Positions 10,341 through 20,576 of a DNA stretch of 64,000 nt are shown here, one piece after another. The notes beneath the pieces are model-generated. The model did not search any database. It was not told the origin of the DNA and saw nothing but the letters and a program-made list of their open reading frames with translations. The position numbers were made by a program, and so were the translations under genes. Source of the DNA: a virus (taxonomy: Duplodnaviria; Caudoviricetes). Numbering within the stretch: position 1 is the first letter of the stretch; each line of letters begins with the position of its first letter. The DNA lies in the IMG/VR virus record IMGVR_UViG_3300036958_000333, positions 1 to 64,000 of that record; one strand, 5' to 3'.

Positions 10341-10870
10341 ATTAATATATTCTCTTTTTTATTTTGAAAATTTGTTTCTTCTTCAATATTATAAATCTCA
10401 TTATTAATAGATATTTGTTTTATTTTATTAAGTTCATAATTTCTAACTATTATTGGTTTATCTGTTCCTTGATTAAAAGTTATATTTTTATATAAATGTT
10501 TTTCTGCCTCAGATTCATTAATAATATTTCCATTTAGGAAATATGTTGGAGTATTTGTTTTTTCTACTTTTATTTGAATATAATATTTTTCATTTCCATC
10601 TTTTGTGTGTTTTATAAATGGGGTTCCAGGAATATGTTCTCCCCATTTTCTCTCTTTTGAAACAAAAGTAAAATTCTTGTTTTCTCTTTTTAATTGTAAA
10701 TTAACTGAATTTTGATAATTGAAGTTTATTACTCCATTAACCGTTGATTCTTTAACTAAATCAACATTATCCTTTGTTTTAGGTTTAGTTAATGTTTTAA
10801 TAGTTATAATTTGAGCTCTTTTTTTCGAAGAGATTATTTCTATTAATTTTTTTAAAGTTATGTTTAACAT
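10337..10870 (-). CDS. Phage-type hypothetical protein
   Basis: 177 aa (NYQNSVN...RKWGEHI), preceded by the TAAGCG motif. Confidence 0.7.
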   Translation of the reverse strand: MLNITLKKLIEIISSKKRAQIITIKTLTKPKTKDNVDLVKESTVNGVINFNYQNSVNLQLKRENKNFTFVSKERKWGEHIPGTPFIKHTKDGNEKYYIQIKVEKTNTPTYFLNGNIINESEAEKHLYKNITFNQGTDKPIIVRNYELNKIKQISINNEIYNIEEETNFQNKKENILI

Positions 10871-10916
10871 ATTTTAATAATAAACATGTTTTTATTTGCG
10901 CTTAATGTTCGTAATT

Positions 10917-11268
10917 TTAAAATAACCCGACATTATGTAGATTTTTCATAGATTTATCTTATTTATCTTCTTCTAATATTCTAGGATCTACGTTATTAAT
11001 AAAATTAACATATGAAGGATTTTTCATGTCTATTATTATCTTTTTTTGAATATCATAAGTCTGATTTATATAAATTATTTACAAATAAAGTCTTAAATTT
11101 TGTTCTTCTATCAGACAAATATTTTCTTTCATCATCTTCGGGCGAATATGTATCCACAACAGATGTTTTTTCAGAATGTTTAAAATCCATTTTTATCAAA
11201 ATTTTTGATATTTCTTTTGAATCATTAATATTCTTATTTTCCTCAACATACATTTCAAATGTTTTCAT
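10917..11268 (-). pseudogene. Disrupted member of the leader plus C-terminal-tag family
   Basis: MKTFEMYVEE start. After a 1-nt shift near 11070 it reads QTYDIQKKIIIDMKNPSYVNFINNVDPRILEEDK*DKSMKNLHNVGLF. The internal TAA comes from a 9-bp duplication AAGATAAAT. Confidence 0.75.
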
Positions 11269-11333
11269 TGTAATTACATTTAAATATATATATATATTTT
11301 ATATATATTTAAAACTTATCTTTATTTTCAATG

Positions 11334-11909
11334 TTAAATATCTGGTTTTCCATTTTTTCTAAACATAATATTATTTAAATTAATTGTTTCTATAATAACT
11401 TCTTTACTTGTATAATATTCATATAATTCTTCTAAAGACTTATACAGTTCATTTGCCATTTTTCTTGCAAGATTAATAATTTCATTTTCTATATTAATTT
11501 CTTTAATTATAATATCATAATTTTTAATAAATAACATATCTTCAACAAATATCGTTTTGCTATTCTCATAATGACCATGTTTTCTAATAGTACAGTATGA
11601 TTCTTCTTTGATTGAATTTTTTGTTTCTACTGAAAGATTTTCCCATTTATTTTGATTAACTAGCCATTTTTTCACATTTACATTTGAAGTAAATGAAGCT
11701 CCATTTCCTTGAAACCAAAAACCAGAATAATATATATTAATATTCTCATATCCATCTTTATTTAATTTTTCTTTATATTCTTCAATAACTTCCTTTTCCC
11801 AATCTAAAACATCCACGTTAATATTATGTAATTCTTTTATTGATATTTCCTTAGATTCTTTATTTAATTCATTAAATTCATAAACCAAATAAGATCTAGT
11901 CTCTGACAT
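11334..11909 (-). CDS. Phage-type hypothetical protein
   Basis: VYEFNEL...YSGFWFQGNGASF motifs. Confidence 0.7.
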   Translation of the reverse strand: MSETRSYLVYEFNELNKESKEISIKELHNINVDVLDWEKEVIEEYKEKLNKDGYENINIYYSGFWFQGNGASFTSNVNVKKWLVNQNKWENLSVETKNSIKEESYCTIRKHGHYENSKTIFVEDMLFIKNYDIIIKEINIENEIINLARKMANELYKSLEELYEYYTSKEVIIETINLNNIMFRKNGKPDI

Positions 11910-11929
11910 ATAAAAATTCCTTTCTAAAA

Positions 11930-12796
11930 TTACAATAATCCAACATTTATTAAATTATCTGCAAAACGATATTTCTCTAATAATGAAGAATCTTTAATTT
12001 TATATTTTTTTATATTATAAGCATTGATTTCTAACAACTTATTAACAATATCATATGAAAGATATTGTCCTATTTCTATTTTATAATTACTTATTATAAA
12101 ATTGATAATTTTTAGATCTAATCCTAATTCTTTTTGAAGAAGAAAATGCAATATTATTGATCTAATTTTTTTTTCTTCATATTTATCAATTATTTTAAAA
12201 GTTGCTATATATTCATAAAAAAAATAATATAATAATAATTTATCTAAACCTTTTAATTTACAAATCAAATAATTGTTTTCGTCTAATGCTCTTTTTATCA
12301 TTAATCTTGTTGGGTTTGGAATGATTTCAAAATCAAAATAATGTTTCCCCCATATATCGTTTAATATAAACTCTTCTACTCTTGGTGTTATATTAAATAA
12401 TATTTTTAGATTTCTTATATTTCTTTTTATTGATCTAATTATTAAATCATCATCTAAGTCAAAATTAAATTGAGGAAACATTTTAAATAATTTTTTGCAT
12501 GGATTTTTAATATAAAATATAGAATTAGGATATTTTGCAACACATTGAATCTGTATTTCTTCCATCGGATTGTCTATTAAATAAATATCAATAGAATAAT
12601 CTTTAATGATTAATTTTTGACAATCAATATCGAGATCCATATATTTATATAAATCTCTAACAGTTTCCATTTTAGAAGACAAAAACATTAATTTAATTGA
12701 TTCATCTAAATTTGGTATAATTGGAATTACTTCTTCGAAATTATAAAATATTTCTTTTTGTTCTTCGTATGTAAGATCTCGAGCTTTTATTTTCAT
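11930..12796 (-). CDS. Degenerate repeat-family helical protein
   Basis: IDNPMEEIQIQCV / SIFYIKNP repeats, C-term NLINVGLL. Confidence 0.7.
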   Translation of the reverse strand: MKIKARDLTYEEQKEIFYNFEEVIPIIPNLDESIKLMFLSSKMETVRDLYKYMDLDIDCQKLIIKDYSIDIYLIDNPMEEIQIQCVAKYPNSIFYIKNPCKKLFKMFPQFNFDLDDDLIIRSIKRNIRNLKILFNITPRVEEFILNDIWGKHYFDFEIIPNPTRLMIKRALDENNYLICKLKGLDKLLLYYFFYEYIATFKIIDKYEEKKIRSIILHFLLQKELGLDLKIINFIISNYKIEIGQYLSYDIVNKLLEINAYNIKKYKIKDSSLLEKYRFADNLINVGLL

Positions 12797-12867
12797 ATTT
12801 ATAACCTATATTAAATTAATATAATTAATTAAACAATATTAATTTAACACGCTTATAATTCAGTTTT

Positions 12868-13659
12868 TTATATAAATCCAAGTGATTTATAAATATCTTC
12901 ATTAAAATAATTTATGATTTCGCGTAAATAACTTTTGTTCATTTCTAAAACAATTTTATTAAGATCATCAATAGAAATATCTAAATTTGGTTGACATATA
13001 AGATCTATAATAGAATCAACATTACTATGATTAATACCCATTTTCTCTTCAATATATAATCGAACATATAAATCTAATATTTTTTTACTTAATTTAATAT
13101 CCCATCTATTAACTGTGGTTGAATATTTTTTTACATAAAACAATTGCATCTTTTCAGTAGGTTTTTTTATATATTGTTCATAAATATTCCAATTATCAAT
13201 TATATAATTTTCAATATCTTCTGGTATATATCCTAAAAACAAAATATCTTTAAGACAAGTGATTTGTTTAAAATCTTCTAATGACATGTTTTCCAAAGGA
13301 TCAAGATTATAATATGGAACCATTTCTATTACTTCTTCACACGGATTGTTTATATAAAATATGTTTTCATTATCATATTCAACGACAAAAATTTGTATTT
13401 CTTTTGTTAAGTTATCAATATATTTAAAATTATTTAAATTACATTTCATAGCAAGTTTTTTAATCTTTTCAGAAGGATTATCAATCCATTTCAAACAATT
13501 TTCTATTTTACACAATGATTTACTATTATAATATGTTCTTTTACATAAAAAATCTATAGATGATTTATACAAATTTGGTATTAATGAAATAAATCTATAA
13601 TCAATATTCAATAATATTCTTTGTTCTTTTAAAGTTAAATTTCTTGTTTTTATTTTCAT
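12868..13659 (-). CDS. Degenerate repeat-family helical protein, paralog of 11930-12796
   Basis: MKIKxRxLT start, IDNPSEK repeat, C-term SLGFI. Confidence 0.7.
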   Translation of the reverse strand: MKIKTRNLTLKEQRILLNIDYRFISLIPNLYKSSIDFLCKRTYYNSKSLCKIENCLKWIDNPSEKIKKLAMKCNLNNFKYIDNLTKEIQIFVVEYDNENIFYINNPCEEVIEMVPYYNLDPLENMSLEDFKQITCLKDILFLGYIPEDIENYIIDNWNIYEQYIKKPTEKMQLFYVKKYSTTVNRWDIKLSKKILDLYVRLYIEEKMGINHSNVDSIIDLICQPNLDISIDDLNKIVLEMNKSYLREIINYFNEDIYKSLGFI

Positions 13660-13740
13660 ATTAATAACTTATACTATTAAATTAATATAATTAATTAAAC
13701 AATATTAATTTAATACGCTTATAGTTCAAGTTAGATATTT

Positions 13741-14199
13741 TTAAATGATTCCAATATCTGAAAGTCTTTTTATTGAATCTACTAAACTTGGATGTAAATT
13801 TGGTATTATTGCAGAAAATAAAGGATTATGTTCTATTAATTTTTTTTGTATTTTTAAGGACAATGTCATAAAATAATCAAATGGTAATTTTTCCTCAATA
13901 TATCTTTTCTGTCTTCTTTTTAATAATGATGGATCAAATATTATTGCAATTAAAGCTATTATATCGTCTGGTTTTTCTATATATATAATAGACCATGGAT
14001 TTTGAACAATTGCCTTTCTTTGAATCTCAAAAGAAGGTTTTTCAATAAATTCTATTGTAAGTCCATTTAATTCTACCGCGGCAAGTTTTACATTTTCAGA
14101 AACTTTATCTCCACCGTTTTTTTCATAATATAATAATTTCCATATATTATATGGATTCTTTTTTATCAAACTTAGTTGTTTTTCTTCTATATCTGTCAT
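13741..14199 (-). CDS. Minimal repeat plus C-cap protein
   Basis: Two repeats then IIPNLHPSL...DIGII. Confidence 0.75.
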   Translation of the reverse strand: MTDIEEKQLSLIKKNPYNIWKLLYYEKNGGDKVSENVKLAAVELNGLTIEFIEKPSFEIQRKAIVQNPWSIIYIEKPDDIIALIAIIFDPSLLKRRQKRYIEEKLPFDYFMTLSLKIQKKLIEHNPLFSAIIPNLHPSLVDSIKRLSDIGII

Positions 14200-14232
14200 A
14201 TTTTCTATATATAAAATTAATTATAATTTTAA

Positions 14233-14529
14233 TTAACTCTTATTTTTATTTATAATCTCCAATAAATTAACCATTTTTTCTGAAGGTTTTTTTACAAATC
14301 TAATAAAATCAATATTATTAAAAATAAGAGTAGATAATTCTAACATGTTTAATCTTTTTATCAAAAAACTAATTACTATTTTTAAATAATATTTTTTTAT
14401 CTTATTTTGAGTTTTATCAAAATCTGAAATTAAATTTTTTATTTTTATAATTTTTTTTTAGCTCGTCCAACCATAATTTTTCACCATATTTGTCTTCAAG
14501 ATTTTTATATGTTTTATATACCATTTCAT
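14233..14529 (-). pseudogene. Small gene interrupted at an A9 tract
   Basis: TAAGCG motif and AAGGA RBS upstream. Stop/frameshift at 14451-14460, then about 74 open codons containing FIRFVKKPSEKM. Confidence 0.45.
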
Positions 14530-14604
14530 TTTTCCTTTACTTATTTTATTTAATTGTCGCTTATACTTCGTATTTAATTTTAAATATTAGCAAATTATAA
14601 TAAT

Positions 14605-15060
14605 TTAAAGAATTACATCTAATATTTTTTTTATATCATTATTTAATAATCTTTTATCAATGTTTGGAATTAAAACAGAAAACAATATATCATAATTCAC
14701 TAATTTTTTTTGAATTTCAAAAGATAAATTTAAAAAATAATTATCTGAAAGTTTTTCTTCTAGATATCTTCGTCGTTTTCTCTTTAATAAAGAAGGATCT
14801 AAAATTATTGATTTTACAACAATTTCATCATAAGGCTTTTTTATATATACAATAGACCATGGATTTTGATTAATTGCAATTTCTTGTAATTCATAAGAAG
14901 GATTTTCAATAAATTCTATTGTGTTTCCATTTTTCTTTATAGCAGCAATTTTTACTTTTTCAGTAACTAAGCATCCTCCTGTTCTTTGGTTAGATAAAAG
15001 TTTCCATAACTTATATGGATTTTTATTTACTAATTCTAATTGTTCTTCTTCTGTATTCAT
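14605..15060 (-). CDS. Minimal repeat plus C-cap protein, paralog of 13741-14199
   Basis: KNPYxxWKLL...QNPWSIxYI...DPSLLKR shared. Confidence 0.75.
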   Translation of the reverse strand: MNTEEEQLELVNKNPYKLWKLLSNQRTGGCLVTEKVKIAAIKKNGNTIEFIENPSYELQEIAINQNPWSIVYIKKPYDEIVVKSIILDPSLLKRKRRRYLEEKLSDNYFLNLSFEIQKKLVNYDILFSVLIPNIDKRLLNNDIKKILDVIL

Positions 15061-15096
15061 ATTTTATTTATATATATAAACAATTAGAATATAAAT

Positions 15097-15516
15097 TTAT
15101 AAATTAATATTTACAAAAGACCATTTATAAGTATCTTTTATTAATTCTTCTAAGTTATATGAGTATTTTACATAAGTGTTATATCCTTTATCTAAAAATA
15201 AAATTTTAGACGCAAAATATTTATCATCTTGTTTATAAATCATATATTCATTACTGAAAACTTTGTTTTCATAAGGAAATACTATTATAGATACTGTTAT
15301 TATACCTGTTTTTTTATTACAAAGATCAAACATATTTTTAACTGTAAATGATTTTTTAATAGATTTTTCATTCATAAAAACAATTTTTCCATCTTGAGGA
15401 ACATATCCATCATAATATTCTATAAACTCCCTATTATCAATGTTGTTTTCTTTGTGATATTTATTAATACATCTTTTAATTATATTAATATCTTTTTTTG
15501 TTAATATTTTATACAT
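15097..15516 (-). CDS. Hypothetical protein
   Basis: 139-aa ORF with AAGGA RBS. Confidence 0.6.
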   Translation of the reverse strand: MYKILTKKDINIIKRCINKYHKENNIDNREFIEYYDGYVPQDGKIVFMNEKSIKKSFTVKNMFDLCNKKTGIITVSIIVFPYENKVFSNEYMIYKQDDKYFASKILFLDKGYNTYVKYSYNLEELIKDTYKWSFVNINL

Positions 15517-15518
15517 CT

Positions 15519-15665
15519 TTATTCCTTTTTATAATTATCTTTTTTAACAAACCAATATCCAGCAATATCTTTTTCTTTATTTTTTTCGGGAATTTTAATA
15601 TCGTCTCTAATTTTAACAAATTCCCAATCAAATTCTCGTTCACTTTTTTTAACTTTAATTTCCAT
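15519..15665 (-). CDS. Small hypothetical protein, 48 aa (not in ORF track)
   Basis: MEIKVKKSEREFDWEFVKIRDD...KKE fills the gap between co-oriented genes. Confidence 0.45.
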   Translation of the reverse strand: MEIKVKKSEREFDWEFVKIRDDIKIPEKNKEKDIAGYWFVKKDNYKKE

Positions 15666-15694
15666 TGATTTATTAAATAATAATTAGTTATTGA

Positions 15695-15904
15695 TTAAAA
15701 AACAACATATCTTAATACATAAATATAATCTTTTCTAAATTCTATCATATAATATTTTTTATATTTTTTCTTAATTATTCCATCATATACATGTATTATG
15801 TTTTTTAAAAATATTGGATTACATGATAAATCCATTTCTTCCCATTTTTTTAACGCAATAGTATCAGAATTATATTTGTTTTTAAATCTATGATACGTTA
15901 ACAT
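15695..15904 (-). CDS. Hypothetical protein
   Basis: 69-aa ORF in run. Confidence 0.5.
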   Translation of the reverse strand: MLTYHRFKNKYNSDTIALKKWEEMDLSCNPIFLKNIIHVYDGIIKKKYKKYYMIEFRKDYIYVLRYVVF

Positions 15905-15921
15905 ATAAATCTTTCTAAAAT

Positions 15922-16287
15922 TTATTTATAATATAAGTTTAATTCATTATCTATAATTTCTTTATCTATAATTCCGTTTCTATCAAAATATTTTAGTTCG
16001 CATTTTTTTGAAGAATATATTTTGTTTTTATATTTTATCTTGTGTTCTTCTTCAATTTTCATTTCTGCAAATTTTATACTCTCAAACCCGAACCCTGAAT
16101 CCAATGATCCATCTTTAATTCCTTCAGATATTTTTTTATAAATATCTTTTTTTGATTTTTGTTTGTTAATATCTTTAGATTCATAAAAATATAAATCATT
16201 TGATCCCCAAGGATATCCTATAACATTTCCTCTTGCAGAATATGTTTTTCCTAAACTAACAACTTCATTTTCTTTCATTTTAATCAC
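15922..16287 (-). CDS. Phage-type hypothetical protein
   Basis: GYPWG...DGSLDSGFGFESI. Confidence 0.65.
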   Translation of the reverse strand: MIKMKENEVVSLGKTYSARGNVIGYPWGSNDLYFYESKDINKQKSKKDIYKKISEGIKDGSLDSGFGFESIKFAEMKIEEEHKIKYKNKIYSSKKCELKYFDRNGIIDKEIIDNELNLYYK

Positions 16288-16373
16288 CTCGTTATATTCA
16301 ATTTTATAATTAAATATGTTGTTAAAATATTATGCGCATAATTTTCGTGTTAATTAATAATACTACGAAGTTA

Positions 16374-16718
16374 TTAATTAAAAAGAATCTCTATTGGATG
16401 AGGATAACATTTAATAGTCATATTTATTACTTCTGGAAACATTTTTTTATATTCTGAATTGAATGCATCTAATGCTATTTTTGGACTACGGGCATAAATT
16501 TCGCGATCTGATATAAGTTCATTTTTATTATTAAAAAAACAACAAACATATTTATCCCAAGTAGATGTTATATTTTTAAATTCTTCATTTATTTCATTAT
16601 AATATTTTATTTCTTCAGTCCATCCGTTTTTTAAAATTCCTTTTATAATATCTTCATTGGTTAAAAATTCTTCTTCATCATAAATCTCATTGTTAGATGT
16701 TGTTTCGTTTTCTTCCAT
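16374..16718 (-). CDS. GW/WDKY/PHP family paralog 1
   Basis: Shares GWxEEI, WDKY, KNELI, YPHP with 17379-17678 and 17682-18029. Confidence 0.75.
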   Translation of the reverse strand: MEENETTSNNEIYDEEEFLTNEDIIKGILKNGWTEEIKYYNEINEEFKNITSTWDKYVCCFFNNKNELISDREIYARSPKIALDAFNSEYKKMFPEVINMTIKCYPHPIEILFN

Positions 16719-16778
16719 TTTTTATATCTTCTTTTATATTACTTAAATAATTTTTATATTAATTGGTAGATTGGTTTT

Positions 16779-17126
16779 TTAACATTCCTCTAGTCTTTTG
16801 ATTAATGCTTCATCTACAGATTTTTTAATTTCTGGATTTGAATAATATTCTTTTGAGTTTTCTATAACATTGTTAATAACTTTTATTCAATGTTTTTCAA
16901 GATTTTTAATTTTCAATAAACGATTAAGATTATCAATTGTTATATTTTTAAGTAATTGTCCAATAGAAAAATTTAAAAAAGGAGATGAGAATATAAATAC
17001 ATTATTAAAATCAAGATATACAGTTTTTCCTCTCTCAAGACTTGGATAAATTGTATTATATAATTTTTTACCATTATTAACATCAATACAACGTTCTCCA
17101 ATTAAATTTTTTACTTTTATATACAT
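16779..17126 (-). pseudogene. STAS-like DUF4325 protein with in-frame TGA at 16887-16889
   Basis: GKKLY...LDFNNV..FSSPFLNFSIGQL. The frame continues 35 codons past TGA (IKVINNVIENSKEYYSNPEIKKSVDEAL). Confidence 0.7.
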
Positions 17127-17130
17127 TTAT

Positions 17131-17388
17131 TTATTTCCAAATATTCATATAAACTTTTTCTCGTTTTTTGTTTATTTCTAACTCAGATGTAGGAACACGA
17201 GAATCTTTAAAAGAAATTGTTGCTATTTCTTTATAATTATTATAAAGAACAATATCTTCTTTTTCTATCATTTTCCAAAAAAAATCAAAAAGAGCTTTAG
17301 GAAAAATTTCTTTTAAAGATTCTAAACTTATGTTTTTTGAATTACCATCGCAATCACGAAAAGAAATCATTTTATCTCCTAATTCCAA
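17131..17388 (-). CDS. Hypothetical protein
   Basis: ORF in run; the true start may be the downstream ATG. Confidence 0.55.
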   Translation of the reverse strand: MELGDKMISFRDCDGNSKNISLESLKEIFPKALFDFFWKMIEKEDIVLYNNYKEIATISFKDSRVPTSELEINKKREKVYMNIWK

Positions 17389-17678
17389 AAAATTTTATAT
17401 GGATGAGGATAAAGTATTATATTATACTTTATCGCTTTATAAAATAATACATCATATCTTATTCTAAATACATCTAACGCCTTTTTTAAACTATTAGAAT
17501 AAATCGTGTATTTTGCTATAAGTTCATTTTTATCTCTATAAAAACAACAAATATATTTATCCCAATTATATATTATGTTTTCAAATTCTTTTGTTTTTTT
17601 ATTTATTTCTATATAGTCTATTTCATCTACCCATCCTCGTTTTAATATTTTTTCAATAATTTCATGTTTTTTTTTCAC
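17379..17678 (-). CDS. GW/WDKY/PHP family paralog 2
   Basis: Motifs shared with paralogs. Confidence 0.75.
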   Translation of the reverse strand: MKKKHEIIEKILKRGWVDEIDYIEINKKTKEFENIIYNWDKYICCFYRDKNELIAKYTIYSNSLKKALDVFRIRYDVLFYKAIKYNIILYPHPYKIFWN

Positions 17679-17681
17679 TTA

Positions 17682-18029
17682 TTAACTCCAAAAAATTTCA
17701 TAAGGACGAGGATGAAGTTCTATTAACCATTTTGTTGATTCCGAAAATAATTTAGAATATTTAATTTCGGTTGTAAACGCATTCCATGCCGTTTTTGGAT
17801 CTTGAGCATAAATCTCATATTTTTCTATAAGTTCGTTTTTACTACCATAAAAATAAGCAATATATTTGTCCCAAGTAGACACTATATTAGAAAACCTTTC
17901 TGTTTCCTGGTCCGTTTCTCCAAAATAGTCTATTTCTTCGGACCATCCTTTTTTTAAAACTTCTTCAATAATATCGCTATTAGTTACTTCAATAATTTTA
18001 TTGTTAGGTATTGTTTTTTTCTTTTTCAT
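17682..18029 (-). CDS. GW/WDKY/PHP family paralog 3
   Basis: Motifs shared with paralogs. Confidence 0.75.
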   Translation of the reverse strand: MKKKKTIPNNKIIEVTNSDIIEEVLKKGWSEEIDYFGETDQETERFSNIVSTWDKYIAYFYGSKNELIEKYEIYAQDPKTAWNAFTTEIKYSKLFSESTKWLIELHPRPYEIFWS

Positions 18030-18115
18030 TTTTTTAATCCTTTCTTTTACTTAGTTTTATAATTAAATATATTGTTGAAATATTATTCGCATAATTTTCG
18101 TGTTAATTAATAATA

Positions 18116-18331
18116 TTACGAACATATTATATTTTTGGAATTAAGTATTTTTTTAATTTTTTGTGATTTTGAATGTAAACAAAAATCTTCTTGTGTTAAT
18201 ATAACTTGATTTGAATCTATATGAAATCTTGTATTGTCATAATTTGGATTGTCAATATAATCTTTAGATATGTCAATCAAATCAGCGTCTACTAATTCTT
18301 CTTTATCATAAGTAACAAGATATGCTTTCAT
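18116..18331 (-). CDS. Hypothetical protein
   Basis: 71-aa ORF in run. Confidence 0.55.
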   Translation of the reverse strand: MKAYLVTYDKEELVDADLIDISKDYIDNPNYDNTRFHIDSNQVILTQEDFCLHSKSQKIKKILNSKNIICS

Positions 18332-18333
18332 TT

Positions 18334-18588
18334 TTATTTCCTTTTTTTATTATTATTTTTTTGTTTTTCATGAGATATTTCAGATACTGTTTCACAACAA
18401 CAATCTTTCATTCCACAAAGTTCTTTTTTTATTTTTTTTAATAATTTTTTATATTTAACGTTTCCAGATAAAGACATAACTTTAATTTCTTCATAAATAA
18501 ATTCAGGATCATATTCAGACATCCATTCTGGCAAAGATATTATCATGTTAGTATTATGAAAATTATTTACTAATTTAATTTTTTTCAT
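18334..18588 (-). CDS. Small hypothetical protein with LCGMKDCCC motif
   Basis: NNFHNT start and Cys cluster. Confidence 0.6.
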   Translation of the reverse strand: MKKIKLVNNFHNTNMIISLPEWMSEYDPEFIYEEIKVMSLSGNVKYKKLLKKIKKELCGMKDCCCETVSEISHEKQKNNNKKRK

Positions 18589-18601
18589 TATAATTTTCCT
18601 T

Positions 18602-19090
18602 TTATTGTTTATCTTGAAAACTTTTAATTATTTCTTTTATAACAAAATCTATAATGTTTTTATTTTCCAACATTTTTAATCTAGTAATTTCCCGAGTATT
18701 AATAATATTACTAATTAATAAAATGATTTTCTCTTTAACATTTCTTAACTCTGTTAAAGAAAATTTAATATAAACACTGTTAGAATAGATTTCATTATTT
18801 TTATTAACATAATCATTATCGCTCATTTCTCTTGCTTTTATTTCATCAAATGAAACTCCATAAAACTCTTTGTCTATTAATTCCATTGATTTTTTTTGTG
18901 AATTATCAGAAAAGTTTTTTAAAATTTTACAAAACACAGCTTCTGTTAAAATTTTTGAATAATCAGTGAATTTTAAAAAAATTAAAACAGAGTTAGGCGA
19001 TGCATATCCGTCAATATAAAATATATAATTTCCAATTTCTATTTTTTTAAGATCAATATCCCTTGTTTTTCTAAGACCAGTATTTTTCAT
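18602..19090 (-). CDS. Hypothetical protein
   Basis: 162 aa with GAGG/AGGTG RBS. Confidence 0.65.
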   Translation of the reverse strand: MKNTGLRKTRDIDLKKIEIGNYIFYIDGYASPNSVLIFLKFTDYSKILTEAVFCKILKNFSDNSQKKSMELIDKEFYGVSFDEIKAREMSDNDYVNKNNEIYSNSVYIKFSLTELRNVKEKIILLISNIINTREITRLKMLENKNIIDFVIKEIIKSFQDKQ

Positions 19091-19162
19091 TCACCTAACC
19101 TCTCATTGTTTATGTTTATATTAAAAATATATTAATTTTTTCATATACGAATATAAAAACCA

Positions 19163-19378
19163 TTATAATTTTATATTATTACAAAGAAAAGAAGTTAAAT
19201 ATACTAAAACACCAAAAATGGCATAAATAATTAAAATTTCTACATAAATTGTGATATAATCTATAATAATATCATTTGATCTTAATCTATCATTAATTTT
19301 TTTTACTAAAAAACCAACAATAGATCTTTTGTTTTTTAAATGTTTTTTTCTTTTTATTTTATTCATAATAAATACCAC
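19163..19378 (-). CDS. Small membrane protein
   Basis: Basic N-terminus, hydrophobic C-terminal helix. Confidence 0.45.
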   Translation of the reverse strand: MVFIMNKIKRKKHLKNKRSIVGFLVKKINDRLRSNDIIIDYITIYVEILIIYAIFGVLVYLTSFLCNNIKL

Positions 19379-19508
19379 ATCATAATATAAAATATGAATT
19401 TAAATAAAACTATCATTAAAATATTTTGATTTAAATAATTTGATTTTTTATACAACCACATCTTTATTATAATACAAACAATTAAATAAAATATAAAACA
19501 AAAATATT

Positions 19509-19886
19509 TCATTTTAACATATCGTCAAATAACAAAGGTTTCAATCCATATGTTTTTATTTTATTTTTTTCGTCATAATATTGAAACTCTATATCAAAAC
19601 AAGATATTTTATTTTCATTATAAAAATTAATTTTTGCTCCATATTCGTTTTGTAAATCACGCAACTTATTAAAGAAAATATTGGCAGATTTTTCAACTTC
19701 TTGAAAATTTTTGTATATTATATTATTTGTTTGTGTTTTATTTTCTTTAAGAGGATTATAATAATTATATTCAATTATATCTTCAACTTTAATAATATTA
19801 GATTTTAATTTTAGTATATTTTCTTCCATTTCAGATATCTTTTTTTCTAATTCATTAATCCTGATATTTAAAATATTATCATTCAT
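19509..19886 (-). CDS. Hypothetical protein
   Basis: 125 aa, coiled-coil-like N-terminus. Confidence 0.6.
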   Translation of the reverse strand: MNDNILNIRINELEKKISEMEENILKLKSNIIKVEDIIEYNYYNPLKENKTQTNNIIYKNFQEVEKSANIFFNKLRDLQNEYGAKINFYNENKISCFDIEFQYYDEKNKIKTYGLKPLLFDDMLK

Positions 19887-20053
19887 TTTTATTTCCTTAA
19901 TAATCTTTAATATTTTCTATACATAATTTTAATTCATAAAATTCTAATTTTGAAATGTTTAATTTTTTTTCCAGAAGAAAATTTTATTTCAATATCATTA
20001 TTAATTTCTATTTGTGCCGGTTTTATAATATAATCATTTTCCATAACTTTTCC

Positions 20054-20563
20054 TTATTTTTTTATATTAATTCTTTTTTCTATTTCGTCTCTTGTCGCTT
20101 TACTTATTTGCATTTTTTTTCCATTTTTTATATACCATTTTCTAACTTCACTGTATTTATCCTCTTTTAAAGGAAAATTTCCTTGTGCTTTACCAGCTCC
20201 AATCCAATCACAAATCATTTCAGTTAAATAAGGTTCCTCTATAGGAATAATTTTTATACCATTTTTATCTAAAGGAAATACCCAATATTGCCAATGATGT
20301 TTATTTCTTTTTTGATGTAAAAACCATGCTTTTTCAAATTTTTTATCACCAGTATTTGCTGGATCATAATAACCAGTACTATCTCGTGATTTTTTTATAT
20401 TTCCATAAAAATAATTTGCATAAGGAATAAATTCGCTTGGAAGAAATTTACTTAGATCATGAACTAATCCTCTATAATATAATCCTTCTTTAAAACACTC
20501 TATCATAACATAAAATTTATGAATTATTATATATTTAAAATAATAAATATATTTTTTCATCAT
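20054..20563 (-). CDS. DUF5662-like HD-related protein
   Basis: H...HDLSKF...HQKRNKHHWQYW...EMICDWIGA. Confidence 0.8.
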   Translation of the reverse strand: MMKKYIYYFKYIIIHKFYVMIECFKEGLYYRGLVHDLSKFLPSEFIPYANYFYGNIKKSRDSTGYYDPANTGDKKFEKAWFLHQKRNKHHWQYWVFPLDKNGIKIIPIEEPYLTEMICDWIGAGKAQGNFPLKEDKYSEVRKWYIKNGKKMQISKATRDEIEKRINIKK

Positions 20564-20576
20564 TTTCTATACTTTT

